Positions 24,793-34,295 of a DNA stretch of 34,452 nucleotides are shown here, piece by piece; position 1 is the first letter of the stretch; every line of letters starts with the position of its first letter. Where the stretch lies: positions 1 to 34,452 of the forward strand of contig DOYB01000177.1 of NCBI GenBank assembly GCA_003518745.1, given 5' to 3'. This stretch comes from Selenomonas sp. Its GTDB lineage: Bacteria; Bacillota; Negativicutes; Selenomonadales; Selenomonadaceae. Both the position numbers and the translations under genes were made by a program. The notes beneath the pieces are model-generated. The model was not told the DNA's origin and searched no databases. It saw only the letters and a list, made by a program, of their open reading frames with translations.

Positions 24793-26976
24793 TTGGCAGC
24801 CAAAGCATCGGCCAAGACCGCAGCGAAAGCAAAGCAGAAGAGAACTTTGGTGGTGGTTGAGTCACCGGCAAAGGCAAAAACCATCGAAAAATATCTGGGC
24901 AGGAAGTTCATGGTACGCGCTTCTATGGGACATCTCAGGGACCTTCCCAAAAGTCAGTTTGGCATAGACGTGGAGCATGATTTTGAACCCAAATATATAA
25001 ATATTCGTGGCAAGGGTGATTTGATCAAGGCACTGAAGAAGGACGCCAAGAACGCTGACAAGATTTTTCTGGCAAGCGACCCTGATCGCGAGGGAGAAGC
25101 TATTGCCTGGCATTTGGCACATATTTTGGGGATAAACCCGGAGGATGCCTGCCGCATTGTGTTCCATGAGATAACGAAGCCCGCTATTCAGGAAGCAGTG
25201 AAGTCTCCACGGCCAATCGACATGGCAAGGGTTGACGCGCAGCAGGCAAGGCGGCTTCTCGATCGTATCGTTGGATATAAGCTGAGCCCTTTGCTATGGC
25301 GCAAGGTCAGGAAAGGGCTTTCGGCTGGACGTGTTCAGTCTGTTACGGTGAAGCTCATTTGCGACCGTGAAAAGGAAATACAGGCCTTCGTATCGGAGGA
25401 ATACTGGACAGTCAATTTCAAGCTGAGAAAGGGAAAGTCTTCCATGTTCGAGGCTGAATTGACTCACGTGGACGGAAAGAAGCTGTCCCTTTCAAATGAG
25501 GACGAAACGAATGCCCTTCTTAAGGAATTGGAAAGGGAAGATATCGTTGTAAAGGATATCAAGAAGAGCCAGCGACGCCGCAAAGCATCAGCCCCATTCA
25601 CCACCAGCAGTATGCAGCAGGATGCTGCCCATAAGCTGGGTTTTACTTCCCGTAAGACTATGATGCTGGCTCAGCAGCTATATGAAGGCCTCGAACTGGG
25701 AAAGAGGGGCCCCGTGGGTTTGATTACCTACATGCGTACGGATTCCACCCGTATATCAGAGCTGGCTCAACAGGAGGCCAGGGATTTCCTTACGGCGCGT
25801 TTCGGAAGCGAGTATGTGCCGCAGAAGCCGAATATATACGCGACCGGAAAGAAAGCCCAGGATGCACATGAGGCTATTCGTCCAACCAGCATAGAACTTA
25901 CACCGGATGTGGTAGAGCCCTTCCTGTCTAAGGATCAGCTAAAGCTGTACAGCCTTATTTGGCAGCGTTTTGCCGGTAGTCAGATGTCAGCGGCAGTGTA
26001 TGATACGATTTCAGTACAGCTGGAAGCAGGCACTCGTTTCCGGGCAAAGGCCGCGGGATCTAAATTGAGATTTCCGGGCTTCACGGCCGTATATGGAGGC
26101 TCTGACTCAGGAAAGAAGGAAAAGGACGTGACCCTGCCGGATATGGAGCAAGGGGATGTTCTGACTGTTGTGAAATTCCTTCCTCAACAGCACTTTACCG
26201 AACCACCTCCGCGTTACAATGACGCTTCTTTGGTAAAGACGCTAGAAGAAAAGGATATAGGACGTCCAAGCACATATGCGCCAATCATTGAAACGATTCA
26301 GGCCAGAGGCTATGTCCAACGTGTAGATAAGCAATTCCGCCCAACAGAACTTGGCTTTGTGGTTCTGGATATGCTGGAGGAATATTTCAGGGATATAGTG
26401 GATGTTAAGTTCACGGCCGGAATGGAAAACGAGCTGGACGAAATCGCGGAGGGGAAATTGCAGAAAGAAGAAGTTCTTTCCGAATTCTATACTCCATTTG
26501 ACGAGACTCTGAAAAAGGCTGATGAGGCCATAGGTCATGTGGAACTTCCGGTGGAGGAAACGGACGAAATCTGTGACCTTTGCGGCCGCCGGATGGTTGT
26601 CAAGCAGGGGCGTTTCGGAAAATTCCTGGCATGTCCGGGCTTTCCCGAGTGCAGGAATACGAAACCGCTTCTGAAGGATACCGGCGTGAAATGCCCCAAA
26701 TGCGGCGGGCGCATTGTTGAACGGCGCACGAGGCGAGGCAGGAGCTTCTTCGGCTGTGAGAAATACCCTGAGTGTGACTATACAACATGGGATGTTCCTC
26801 AAATGGAGACGTGCAAGAGCTGTGGCGCCTTCATGCTGAAGCATAGCTATCGAAATGGCAGGGTTCTGATGTATTGCAGCAATGATGCCTGCGAAAGCCG
26901 TAAGGACAATCCGATAAATGCTGAATTGGAAAAAGCAAAAAAGAGAGCCGAGTCAAAGACAAAGGAATCAAAGTAG
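24793..26976 (+). CDS. topA: DNA topoisomerase I
   Basis: Toprim region LVVVESPAKAKTIEKYLG and DPDREGEAIAWH. The active-site region has YMRTDS. Three C-terminal Cys4 zinc ribbons are present. The start is uncertain: either TTG 24793, just after the dprA stop, or GTG 24772. Confidence 0.95.
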   Translation: MAAKASAKTAAKAKQKRTLVVVESPAKAKTIEKYLGRKFMVRASMGHLRDLPKSQFGIDVEHDFEPKYINIRGKGDLIKALKKDAKNADKIFLASDPDREGEAIAWHLAHILGINPEDACRIVFHEITKPAIQEAVKSPRPIDMARVDAQQARRLLDRIVGYKLSPLLWRKVRKGLSAGRVQSVTVKLICDREKEIQAFVSEEYWTVNFKLRKGKSSMFEAELTHVDGKKLSLSNEDETNALLKELEREDIVVKDIKKSQRRRKASAPFTTSSMQQDAAHKLGFTSRKTMMLAQQLYEGLELGKRGPVGLITYMRTDSTRISELAQQEARDFLTARFGSEYVPQKPNIYATGKKAQDAHEAIRPTSIELTPDVVEPFLSKDQLKLYSLIWQRFAGSQMSAAVYDTISVQLEAGTRFRAKAAGSKLRFPGFTAVYGGSDSGKKEKDVTLPDMEQGDVLTVVKFLPQQHFTEPPPRYNDASLVKTLEEKDIGRPSTYAPIIETIQARGYVQRVDKQFRPTELGFVVLDMLEEYFRDIVDVKFTAGMENELDEIAEGKLQKEEVLSEFYTPFDETLKKADEAIGHVELPVEETDEICDLCGRRMVVKQGRFGKFLACPGFPECRNTKPLLKDTGVKCPKCGGRIVERRTRRGRSFFGCEKYPECDYTTWDVPQMETCKSCGAFMLKHSYRNGRVLMYCSNDACESRKDNPINAELEKAKKRAESKTKESK

Positions 26977-27024
26977 GGGTTTCAAACGATGAAGCCGCAA
27001 TAGATTAAAGCAGGGAGCAGTACC

Positions 27025-28332
27025 ATGAAGAGAATCATCATCGTAGGTGCCGGACTGGCAGGCTCAGAGGCCGCATGGCAGGCAGCGAAGCGGGGGGCAG
27101 AGGTCGTTCTTTATGAGATGAGGCCGGAAAGGATGACACCGGCGCACAAAACCTCGGGCTTTGCTGAACTGGTGTGCAGTAATTCCCTTCGGGGAGCGGG
27201 TATGGAGAACGCGGTTGGGGTGCTGAAGGAGGAAATGCGTATCCTTGGCTCCCTGATAATGGAGGCCGCGGATGCCACAGAGGTTCCCGCAGGCGGAGCT
27301 CTGGCAGTGGACAGGGAGGGCTTTAGCCGGTACATTACTGATAAGCTGGAGTCACATCCCAATGTGACGGTACTTCGTGAGAAGCTGCACGATATTCCGC
27401 CAACTGATGAACAGGTGGCTATAATAGCCAGCGGGCCGTTGACTGATGGGGCATTGGCGGAGTCCATAGCCGCTCTCACAGGAGAAGGTTCCTTTTACTT
27501 TTATGATGCCGCGGCTCCCATTGTAACCTTGGACTCCATTGATATGTCGAAGGCCTATCGTGCGTCACGCTATGGCAAGGGGGAGGCCTCATATATAAAC
27601 TGTCCCATGACGAAGGAGGAATATCTCCATTTCTATGAGGAGCTCATTCATGCTGAAATGACACATACCCATGAATTTGAAAAGGAAATCTTCTTCGAGG
27701 GCTGTATGCCTGTGGAGGTTATGGCATCAAGAGGAGAGGATACCCTTCGGTACGGTCCCTTGAAGCCCGTTGGCCTGGAGCATCCGGAAACAGGTGAGCT
27801 GCCATACGCGGTAGTTCAATTGAGGCAGGACAATGCGGAAGGAACACTGTACAATATAGTGGGGTTTCAAACGCATTTGAAATGGCCAGAGCAAAAAAGG
27901 GTATTTGGGTTGATTCCGGGACTTGAGAACGCGGAGTTTATGCGCTATGGAGTTATGCACAGGAATACCTTTCTGAATGCTCCAAAGCTGCTCCTGCCCA
28001 CCATGCAGTATAAAGGCAGGGAAAATCTCTTTTTCGCGGGTCAGATGACCGGGGTCGAGGGCTATGTGGAGTCGGCCGCGTCGGGACTGATAGCCGGGGT
28101 AAATGCCTTTAGGATTGTTTCAGGGGATTCTCCTATGGTCTTTCCTAAAGAGAGCTGTCACGGCGCATTAGCCAACTATATTACAACGGCGGATCCGGAG
28201 CATTTCCAGCCCATGAACGTAAATTTTGGTCTTCTGCCGCCCTTGGCAGAAAAGCTTCGTCCGAAAAAGCTCAAGAAAGCCAAATTGGCAGAACGGGCTT
28301 TGGAAGCAATTCATAACATACAGCATGTCTAG
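27025..28332 (+). CDS. trmFO: Methylenetetrahydrofolate-dependent tRNA (m5U54) methyltransferase TrmFO
   Basis: FAD-binding [17 protein letters not shown], then YEMRP...CSNSLR. The 435-aa length and the position after topA both fit. Confidence 0.93.
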   Translation: MKRIIIVGAGLAGSEAAWQAAKRGAEVVLYEMRPERMTPAHKTSGFAELVCSNSLRGAGMENAVGVLKEEMRILGSLIMEAADATEVPAGGALAVDREGFSRYITDKLESHPNVTVLREKLHDIPPTDEQVAIIASGPLTDGALAESIAALTGEGSFYFYDAAAPIVTLDSIDMSKAYRASRYGKGEASYINCPMTKEEYLHFYEELIHAEMTHTHEFEKEIFFEGCMPVEVMASRGEDTLRYGPLKPVGLEHPETGELPYAVVQLRQDNAEGTLYNIVGFQTHLKWPEQKRVFGLIPGLENAEFMRYGVMHRNTFLNAPKLLLPTMQYKGRENLFFAGQMTGVEGYVESAASGLIAGVNAFRIVSGDSPMVFPKESCHGALANYITTADPEHFQPMNVNFGLLPPLAEKLRPKKLKKAKLAERALEAIHNIQHV

Positions 28333-28362
28333 AATTACGGCCTTGCTAAAGGAGGAAACTAA

Positions 28363-28905
28363 ATGGATATGACCTTTCATGCTACAACAATCGTAGCTGT
28401 CCGGAAAAATGGGAAAACGGCTATAGCCGGAGACGGACAGGTAACTTTTGGGCAGAATACTGTAATGAAGGCAAATGCCAGAAAGGTACGCCGCCTTTAT
28501 CACGATAAGGTTCTGGCCGGTTTTGCCGGCTCTGTGGCAGATGCCTTCACGCTCTTTGAGAAGTTTGAGGCGAAGCTGGAATCCTACCACGGGAATCTTC
28601 AGCGTGCTGCCGTAGAGCTTGCGAAGGATTGGCGAACAGACCGCATACTGCGCAAGCTGGAGGCGCTCCTCTTGGTGGCGGATAAGGAAACGATTCTGAT
28701 GGTTTCCGGCAATGGGGAGGTCATTGATCCCGACGGTGATGTGGCGGCAATTGGCTCCGGTGGATTCTACGCCCTTTCCGCCGGCCGCGCGATGGTCAAG
28801 CATACTGATATGACAGCCGCGGAGATAGCAAAGGAAGCGCTTTCTATCGCGGCAGATATATGCGTTTATACTAATCACAACATCAAGGTAGAGGAGCTGG
28901 ACTAA
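28363..28905 (+). CDS. hslV: ATP-dependent protease subunit HslV (CodW-like, with short propeptide)
   Basis: [30 protein letters not shown] parallels Bacillus CodW MSSFHATTIFAV. The protein is 180 aa. Confidence 0.93.
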   Translation: MDMTFHATTIVAVRKNGKTAIAGDGQVTFGQNTVMKANARKVRRLYHDKVLAGFAGSVADAFTLFEKFEAKLESYHGNLQRAAVELAKDWRTDRILRKLEALLLVADKETILMVSGNGEVIDPDGDVAAIGSGGFYALSAGRAMVKHTDMTAAEIAKEALSIAADICVYTNHNIKVEELD

Positions 28906-30311
28906 TGGACAAGGATAAAATCGGCGTAAATGAACAGACTCCACGACAGATTGTGGAGGAATTGGACAAGCATATTGTTGGACAGTCTGAAGCAAAGCGT
29001 TCAGTAGCCATCGCGCTGCGTAATCGTTGGAGAAGCCGTCAGCTGCCCGATGCGATGCGGGATGATGTTATTCCTAAAAACATCTTGATGATTGGCTCCA
29101 CCGGTGTCGGAAAAACCGAGATTGCCCGGCGTCTTGCGCGTCTGGTCAAGGCGCCCTTCATTAAGGTTGAAGCGACAAAGTTCACTGAAGTTGGTTATGT
29201 GGGACGTGACGTTGAGTCTATTATCCGCGATTTGGCTGAGATTGCCGTGCGTATGATACGTCAGCAAAAAACTGAGGAGGTCAAGGAAAAGGCTGAACAG
29301 CTTGCGGAGGAACGTATCCTGGATGTGTTCGTCCCTGAGCCCAAGAAGTCCAAGAATCCTTTGGGACGTCTCTTTGGCAATGATGAAGAGGATGAGAAGG
29401 AAGCTGAGGAAAAGCCTGAGGAACCGAAGTATCAGGCAGGACGGGAATGGGTCAGGAAAAGGCTTGCCAAGGGCGAGTTGGAGGAAGAACTCATAGAGAT
29501 AGATGTTGAGGAAGCATCTCGTCCGATGGTGGGTATGTTTTCCGGTTCAAGCCTTGAGGGCATGGGTGACAATTTGCAGGACATGATTGGAAATCTTATG
29601 CCAAAACGCCGTAAGAAGCGCAAGGTTACCGTATCGGCTGCCAGAAAGATTTTTGCCCAGGAGGAAGCCGATAAACTCATAGATATGGAGGATGTGGCGG
29701 AAACTGCCGTTCAGGTTGCTGAACGCAGCGGAATCGTCTTCCTCGATGAAATCGACAAGGTGGCGGTAAAGGACGGAGCCTCAGGACACGATGTTTCCAG
29801 AGAAGGCGTGCAGCGGGATATACTTCCCATTGTTGAGGGTTCTACCGTTATGACAAAATATGGACCGGTTAAGACGGACCATGTACTGTTCATAGCCGCG
29901 GGTGCCTTCCATACCGCAAAGCCCTCTGATTTGATTCCGGAACTTCAGGGACGCTTCCCTATCAGGGTTGAATTGAAATCCTTGAGGAAAGAGGATTTTG
30001 AGAAGATTCTTACTGAACCGCAGAACGCCCTTATTAAACAGTATGAGGCTCTTTTAGCGACGGAGGGCATTGAGCTTTCTTTTGACAATAGTGCTATCAG
30101 CCGCCTTGCTGAGTTGGCCTGCGACGTAAATGACCAGTCGGAGGATATCGGTGCCCGCAGGCTTCACACCCTTCTGGAAAAGCTGTTGGAGGACGTTTCC
30201 TTTGACGCCCCTGATATGGAAGATAAAAAGGTTGTAGTCGACGCAGCCTACGTGGATCAGAAATTAGCTGATATTGTTGTTAACAGGGACCTGTCTCAGT
30301 ATATTCTATAA
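28905..30311 (+). CDS. hslU: ATP-dependent protease ATPase subunit HslU
   Basis: [16 protein letters not shown], Walker [16 protein letters not shown], Walker B VFLDEIDK, and an acidic I-domain insertion. The ATG overlaps the hslV stop. Confidence 0.95.
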   Translation: MDKDKIGVNEQTPRQIVEELDKHIVGQSEAKRSVAIALRNRWRSRQLPDAMRDDVIPKNILMIGSTGVGKTEIARRLARLVKAPFIKVEATKFTEVGYVGRDVESIIRDLAEIAVRMIRQQKTEEVKEKAEQLAEERILDVFVPEPKKSKNPLGRLFGNDEEDEKEAEEKPEEPKYQAGREWVRKRLAKGELEEELIEIDVEEASRPMVGMFSGSSLEGMGDNLQDMIGNLMPKRRKKRKVTVSAARKIFAQEEADKLIDMEDVAETAVQVAERSGIVFLDEIDKVAVKDGASGHDVSREGVQRDILPIVEGSTVMTKYGPVKTDHVLFIAAGAFHTAKPSDLIPELQGRFPIRVELKSLRKEDFEKILTEPQNALIKQYEALLATEGIELSFDNSAISRLAELACDVNDQSEDIGARRLHTLLEKLLEDVSFDAPDMEDKKVVVDAAYVDQKLADIVVNRDLSQYIL

Positions 30312-30330
30312 AAGAATAAGCTATCGAAAG

Positions 30331-30365
30331 TATGATGGGAATCTTAGGATTTCCATCATATTTTG
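30331..30365 (+). terminator. Intrinsic terminator after hslU
   Basis: ATGATGGGAATC pairs with GATTTCCATCAT (one G-U), with loop TTAG, followed by ATTTTG. Confidence 0.75.
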
Positions 30366-30388
30366 CTAAGAGGGCCTAAAAGGCAAAT

Positions 30389-30417
30389 AAAAAAGGAAAC
30401 GGTTTGTTGCCGTTTCC
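30389..30417 (-). terminator. Intrinsic terminator of the minus-strand RHH gene
   Basis: GGAAACGG (30395-30402) pairs with CCGTTTCC (30410-30417). Read on the minus strand, TTTTTT (30394-30389) follows. Confidence 0.7.
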
Positions 30418-30446
30418 GCAGCCGCTATTAATGTCCTTTCGTACCC

Positions 30447-30629
30447 TCACTCGTGCTCATCTTGATTCGCAACTACGCCGAATTCTTTCTCATAGCCCTC
30501 AATACCCTGCTTGATGAAATATTCCAGTTGTGAATTCAAGGAGCGCAATTCTTTCTCTGCGATGATTTTCAGCTTGCTATGGGCTTTTTCATCCAGACGT
30601 AGCTGTAGGGCTATCTTTCTACCAGCCAT
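30447..30629 (-). CDS. Arc/CopG-type ribbon-helix-helix DNA-binding protein
   Basis: MAGRKIALQLRLDEKAHSKLKIIAEKELRSLNSQLEYFIKQGI fits a beta-strand-helix-helix pattern. ATG 30629 lies 8 nt after AAAGGAG. The ORF track starts at GTG 30635. Confidence 0.65.
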   Translation of the reverse strand: MAGRKIALQLRLDEKAHSKLKIIAEKELRSLNSQLEYFIKQGIEGYEKEFGVVANQDEHE

Positions 30630-30653
30630 AATCACTTCTCCTTTCTTTGCCTA

Positions 30654-30772
30654 CGATATCACTATGATATCAAACTTTAAATAGAATAAATAGTGTTATA
30701 GTGAAACTATTTTGATGATATGGCCAAAATAATATTGAAAAATTATCTAATTTATGATATAGTTTCAGTATA
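30654..30772. repeat. Operator-like repeats in the divergent RHH intergenic region
   Basis: Tandem GATATC boxes (GATATCactatGATATC, 30655-30671). ATGATAT occurs three times (30663, 30715, 30754). A 14-bp inverted repeat, TATAGTGAAACTAT (30697-30710) with ATAGTTTCAGTATA (30759-30772), has one mismatch. Confidence 0.55.
30735..30763 (+). promoter_or_regulatory. Promoter for the plus-strand RHH gene
   Basis: TTGAAA (30735-30740), a 17-nt spacer, then TGATATAGT (extended -10; TATAGT at 30758-30763). The right arm of the inverted repeat overlaps the -10 element. Confidence 0.55.
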
Positions 30773-30804
30773 GTATCGCGGTATTGTCAAAGGGGAGGGA
30801 GAAT

Positions 30805-30987
30805 GTGGTCACAACGACAATAAGGTTTCCCGATGGTCTTTATCAGCATGTTTCGGATTATGCTGAAGTGAATGATCTCAGTAAAAATCAGGTAATAAAA
30901 ATGGCCGTCAGGGAATTTTTGGAACGAAAGGGTGTTCACGTCTACAGAGAAACTGATCAGGGCGAGTTAACCAGTGAGAAAAATTGA
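30805..30987 (+). CDS. CopG/Arc-type ribbon-helix-helix DNA-binding protein
   Basis: VTTTIRFPDGLYQHVSDYAEVNDLSKNQVIKMAVREFLERKG fits the RHH pattern. GTG 30805 lies 6 nt after GGAGG (30794-30798). The ORF track starts at TTG 30784. Confidence 0.65.
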   Translation: MVTTTIRFPDGLYQHVSDYAEVNDLSKNQVIKMAVREFLERKGVHVYRETDQGELTSEKN

Positions 30988-31095
30988 CAATATACCCTTT
31001 CTTATATATCGTTTATTTATTGTTTTTTCTTAAGTGCGATTTAGGTGTTTTTTACTCTTTCTTTTTGTTAATCGAAGCGTATGCCATATTTGTGT

Positions 31096-31123
31096 GGCCC
31101 TTGTCTCTGCAAGGGTCTTTTTT
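31096..31123 (+). terminator. Intrinsic terminator closing the AT-rich islet
   Basis: GGCCCTTG (31096-31103) pairs with CAAGGGTC (31110-31117), followed by TTTTTT (31118-31123). Confidence 0.75.
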
Positions 31124-31301
31124 GCGTGTCTACCTTATTTTTTCATTAAATTATCATGAAACAAGAAAAATTAACTGGAGTAATGAACAATAATAAGCTA
31201 TAATTGAATAGCGGCTGAATAAGCACATGTTGATATCAGGAATTACAGCAGTGATGGCGAACAGAGTCATCTATAAGGTTATTATTACAAAGGAGAATAA
31301 G

Positions 31302-32333
31302 ATGAAGAAATATAATGTTGCGATTTTAGGTGCCACAGGAGCTGTGGGTCAGGAATTTCTTAGTCTGATTGAAGAGAGGAATTTTCCCTTTGCAAATTTG
31401 AAGATGCTTGCCTCCAAGCGCTCCGCCGGGAAGAAGATTTCTTTTATGGGGAAGGAGTATACTGTTGAAGAGGCAACGGAGGATTCCTTCAAGGATGTGC
31501 AGATCGCGCTTTTTGCGGGTGGTTCTGCCAGCAAGGCATTTGCTCCCGCGGCAGTAAAGGCTGGGGCTGTTGTAATAGATAATTCAAGTACCTTCCGCAT
31601 GGATCCCGAGGTTCCCTTGGTTGTTCCTGAGGTCAACCCACAGGCAATCGCACGGCATAAGGGTATAATAGCAAACCCTAACTGTTCCACCATAATAATG
31701 GTAATGGCACTGAAGCCCCTTTATGACGTGGCTAAGATCAAGCGGGTAGTTGTCTCCACCTATCAGGCAGTTTCCGGAGGCGGCAAGGAGGCTATGGCCG
31801 AGTTGGAGCAGCAGGTTCAGGATATTGTGGCGGGTCGTGAGGTAACTGCCAATATACTGCCGGGTGCGGCGCTTGCGAAGCATTATCAGATTGCCTTCAA
31901 TCTCATTCCGCAGATTGATGTCTTTAAGGAAAACCTCTATACAAAAGAGGAAATGAAAATGATTGACGAGACGAAAAAAATCATGGAAGATGATTCCATG
32001 CGCATTACGGCAACTACTGTCCGAGTACCCGTCTATCGCAGTCATGCGGAATCAGTTAATGTGGAGTTCGAGAGTGAGGTTACTGAGGACGCTGCTAAAA
32101 AGGCCTTGGCCAATTTCCCCGGAGTTATCCTGCGGGATAATCCTGACGAAATGGAGTACCCGATGCCCTTGGAGACTTCCGGCAAAAACGATGTGGAGGT
32201 CGGTCGTTTGAGGAAGGATTATTCAATCGAGAATGGGCTCAATTTCTGGGTATGCGGCGATCAGATACGCAAGGGTGCCGCGCTTAATGCGCTGCAGATT
32301 GCAGAGTATATGATTAAGAATGATATGATTTGA
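31302..32333 (+). CDS. asd: Aspartate-semialdehyde dehydrogenase
   Basis: MKKYNVAILGATGAVGQEF NAD(P) fold, active-site NPNCSTI, and a C-terminal DQIRKGAALNALQIAE. ATG 31302 follows AAAGGAGAA. The ORF track starts at 31227. Confidence 0.93.
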   Translation: MKKYNVAILGATGAVGQEFLSLIEERNFPFANLKMLASKRSAGKKISFMGKEYTVEEATEDSFKDVQIALFAGGSASKAFAPAAVKAGAVVIDNSSTFRMDPEVPLVVPEVNPQAIARHKGIIANPNCSTIIMVMALKPLYDVAKIKRVVVSTYQAVSGGGKEAMAELEQQVQDIVAGREVTANILPGAALAKHYQIAFNLIPQIDVFKENLYTKEEMKMIDETKKIMEDDSMRITATTVRVPVYRSHAESVNVEFESEVTEDAAKKALANFPGVILRDNPDEMEYPMPLETSGKNDVEVGRLRKDYSIENGLNFWVCGDQIRKGAALNALQIAEYMIKNDMI

Positions 32334-32387
32334 TTCACAGGAGTCGGATAGGCCTGAATCTGAATTATTTGATTAGGAGGGAAACCA

Positions 32388-32639
32388 ATGGTCAGTGATG
32401 AAACTATGATGTTCCAATTTGGAACAGAGGAGAACAAAGCAGAGACGATTATAAGAAATGCATGCGAGGCCATGGAAGAAAAAGGATATAACCCCATCAA
32501 TCAGTTGGTCGGTTATCTGCTTTCCGGGGATCCTGCCTATGTAACCAGCCATAAGGATGCCAGGAGCCAGATTCGCAAGCTGGAACGGGATGAGCTGCTT
32601 GAAGAGCTGGTTCGTGCCTATCTGGAGAAAAAGGATTGA
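32388..32639 (+). CDS. ireB: IreB/UPF0297 family small regulatory protein (YrzL-like)
   Basis: The protein is 83 aa. [27 protein letters not shown] is the family signature. It sits immediately upstream of ruvX, as in other Firmicutes. Confidence 0.85.
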   Translation: MVSDETMMFQFGTEENKAETIIRNACEAMEEKGYNPINQLVGYLLSGDPAYVTSHKDARSQIRKLERDELLEELVRAYLEKKD

Positions 32640-33070
32640 AAAGATATATTGCTTTAGATGTGGGAGATCGTACCATAGGGATTGCTGTCAGTGATATGCT
32701 GGGGATTACGGCCCAGGGGGTTGAGACAATACGGCGGAAATCCCTTTCGGAGGATCTCAAGAGACTTGGCGAATTGATGCAATCCTATGAAACAACAGCG
32801 CTTGTTCTTGGTTGGCCTAAAAACATGGATGGAACAGAGGGAGAACGTTGCAGGATCGTCAAGGAATTCGCGGAAGAAGTGAAAAAGGTATACCCTGATG
32901 TGGAGACCTTTTTCCAAGATGAGAGGCTCTCCACTGTGGCGGCTGCAAAGGCCTTGATTGCAGCAGATGTAAGCCGGAAAAAACGAAAAAAGGTAATAGA
33001 CAAAATGGCTGCCGTCCATATCCTGCAGGTTTTTTTGGACGGCAGGGCTAGGATTCACTGTGATTTATAG
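32636..33070 (+). CDS. ruvX: Putative pre-16S rRNA nuclease / Holliday junction resolvase-like YqgF
   Basis: [20 protein letters not shown]...GWPKNMDGT...DERLST are YqgF motifs. The start overlaps the ireB stop. Confidence 0.92.
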   Translation: MKRYIALDVGDRTIGIAVSDMLGITAQGVETIRRKSLSEDLKRLGELMQSYETTALVLGWPKNMDGTEGERCRIVKEFAEEVKKVYPDVETFFQDERLSTVAAAKALIAADVSRKKRKKVIDKMAAVHILQVFLDGRARIHCDL

Positions 33071-33085
33071 AAGGAGGCAGTTTCT

Positions 33086-33421
33086 ATGGCAGATATGAAG
33101 GATTTGCAGGAACCGGAGGATGATATGCTTGTTGTCATGACAGATGAAGATGGCAATGAATATTATTATCAGGAAGAAATGATAATCCCCGTAGGTGATG
33201 ATAAGTATGCGCTTCTAGTCGGTATCCACGGCGAAGATGAAGAGCACGAACATGGTTGCGGCTGTGGCTGCGGTTGTGAGGATGGCGATGATGATGTTAT
33301 CATTGCTAAAGTCGTCACAAATGAGAATGGAGAAGAAGAATACATAGAGCCGACTGACGAAGAGTTCGAGCTTGTTCAGAAGGCGTATGATGCTCTTGTT
33401 GCCGATGAAGAAGAGGAATAA
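33086..33421 (+). CDS. DUF1292/UPF0473 (YrzB-like) acidic protein with a His/Cys-rich insertion
   Basis: DEDGNEYYY...DDKYALLV and a C-terminal PTDEEFELVQKAYDAL are typical of the family. The insertion HEHGCGCGCGCED is encoded at 33251-33280. Confidence 0.8.
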   Translation: MADMKDLQEPEDDMLVVMTDEDGNEYYYQEEMIIPVGDDKYALLVGIHGEDEEHEHGCGCGCGCEDGDDDVIIAKVVTNENGEEEYIEPTDEEFELVQKAYDALVADEEEE

Positions 33422-33463
33422 ATCTACACGCCAAATCAATTGAATTGTTAGCTTTAGGAGAAG

Positions 33464-33507
33464 CCCTGTGGCAAGGTGAATTATGTCATCTGCCGCAGGG
33501 TGTTTTT
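33464..33507 (+). terminator. Intrinsic terminator after the asd-ireB-ruvX-DUF1292 block
   Basis: CCCTGTGGCA (33464-33473) pairs with TGCCGCAGGG (33491-33500), including one G-U, followed by TGTTTTT. Confidence 0.7.
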
Positions 33508-33585
33508 GAATCTTGAATGTCTGCATCCAGAGATGCTTATGCAGGAGAAAGAGTTATGCTGTCGAATTTTCAATTATGAAGGGGG

Positions 33586-34254
33586 ATGATTTCCTTGAAG
33601 TACAAGGCCGCGATATTTGATTTGGATGGAACTCTGATAGACTCCCTTGAGGATTTGGCTGACAGTGCCAACGATACAATGACTTCCTTTGGATTTCCGA
33701 CACATACGGTAGAAGAGTATCGATATTTTGTGGGGAATGGGCCGAGAAAGCTGATGGAGCGCTGCCTGCCTAAAGAACATTCTCAGGATGCCAAAATAAT
33801 AGATGAGGCATTGAGCCGGTACAATGCCTGCTACAAGGAGCATCTGTTCGGCAAGACAAGACCCTACGATGGAATAATGTCTATGCTTGAGGCATTGCGT
33901 GAGAAGGATATTCCACTGGGAATATGCACCAACAAGCAGCAATTTGCCTCGGACGCAATAGTGGAGAAGATGTTTCCTTCGGGTATGTTCCGAATGAACC
34001 TTGGGGATATGCCGGGGACTCCCAGAAAGCCTGACCCCACCAAAACCCTGCAGATTGTTACGGCGTTTGGGGTAAAGCCGCAGGAAACAGCGTATTTGGG
34101 AGATTCCTCGACTGACATGGAAAACGCGATAAATGCCGGAGTTTTTGGGGTCGGTGTAAGCTGGGGCTTCCGCCCTGAGCAGGAGCTTGTGGAAAGCGGG
34201 GCAAAGCTGATAATCCACCATCCCATGGAGCTGCTGGCAAAGCTGGATTTTTGA
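33586..34254 (+). CDS. HAD-family phosphatase (phosphoglycolate phosphatase-like)
   Basis: AAIFDLDGTLIDS (motif I), GICTNK (motif II), YLGDSSTDMENA (motif IV). The start is either ATG 33586 or TTG 33595; the RBS GAAGGGGG abuts the ATG. Confidence 0.88.
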   Translation: MISLKYKAAIFDLDGTLIDSLEDLADSANDTMTSFGFPTHTVEEYRYFVGNGPRKLMERCLPKEHSQDAKIIDEALSRYNACYKEHLFGKTRPYDGIMSMLEALREKDIPLGICTNKQQFASDAIVEKMFPSGMFRMNLGDMPGTPRKPDPTKTLQIVTAFGVKPQETAYLGDSSTDMENAINAGVFGVGVSWGFRPEQELVESGAKLIIHHPMELLAKLDF

Positions 34255-34295
34255 GATAATTGTCAGCACAAATTTCATCTAAGATAGGAGCAGCT

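Noticed and set aside
28168-28995. 275-aa ORF on the - strand spanning the trmFO/hslV/hslU junctions
   Set aside because: It is antisense to three well-supported genes and crosses their intergenic regions, so it is not plausible as a gene.
30984-31193. 69-aa very hydrophobic ORF overlapping the stop of the + strand RHH gene (TTGA); considered as a possible small membrane toxin
   Set aside because: Its hydrophobicity comes from translating T-rich DNA (Phe/Leu/Tyr codons). It has a TTG start without an RBS. A good intrinsic terminator (31096-31123) lies inside the ORF. It is probably non-coding, although ribosome profiling could revisit this.
33574-34278. 234-aa ORF on the - strand
   Set aside because: It is antisense to the HAD phosphatase, which has all the HAD motifs. 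It is a shadow ORF. The same reasoning applies to 26242-26844 (-), opposite topA.
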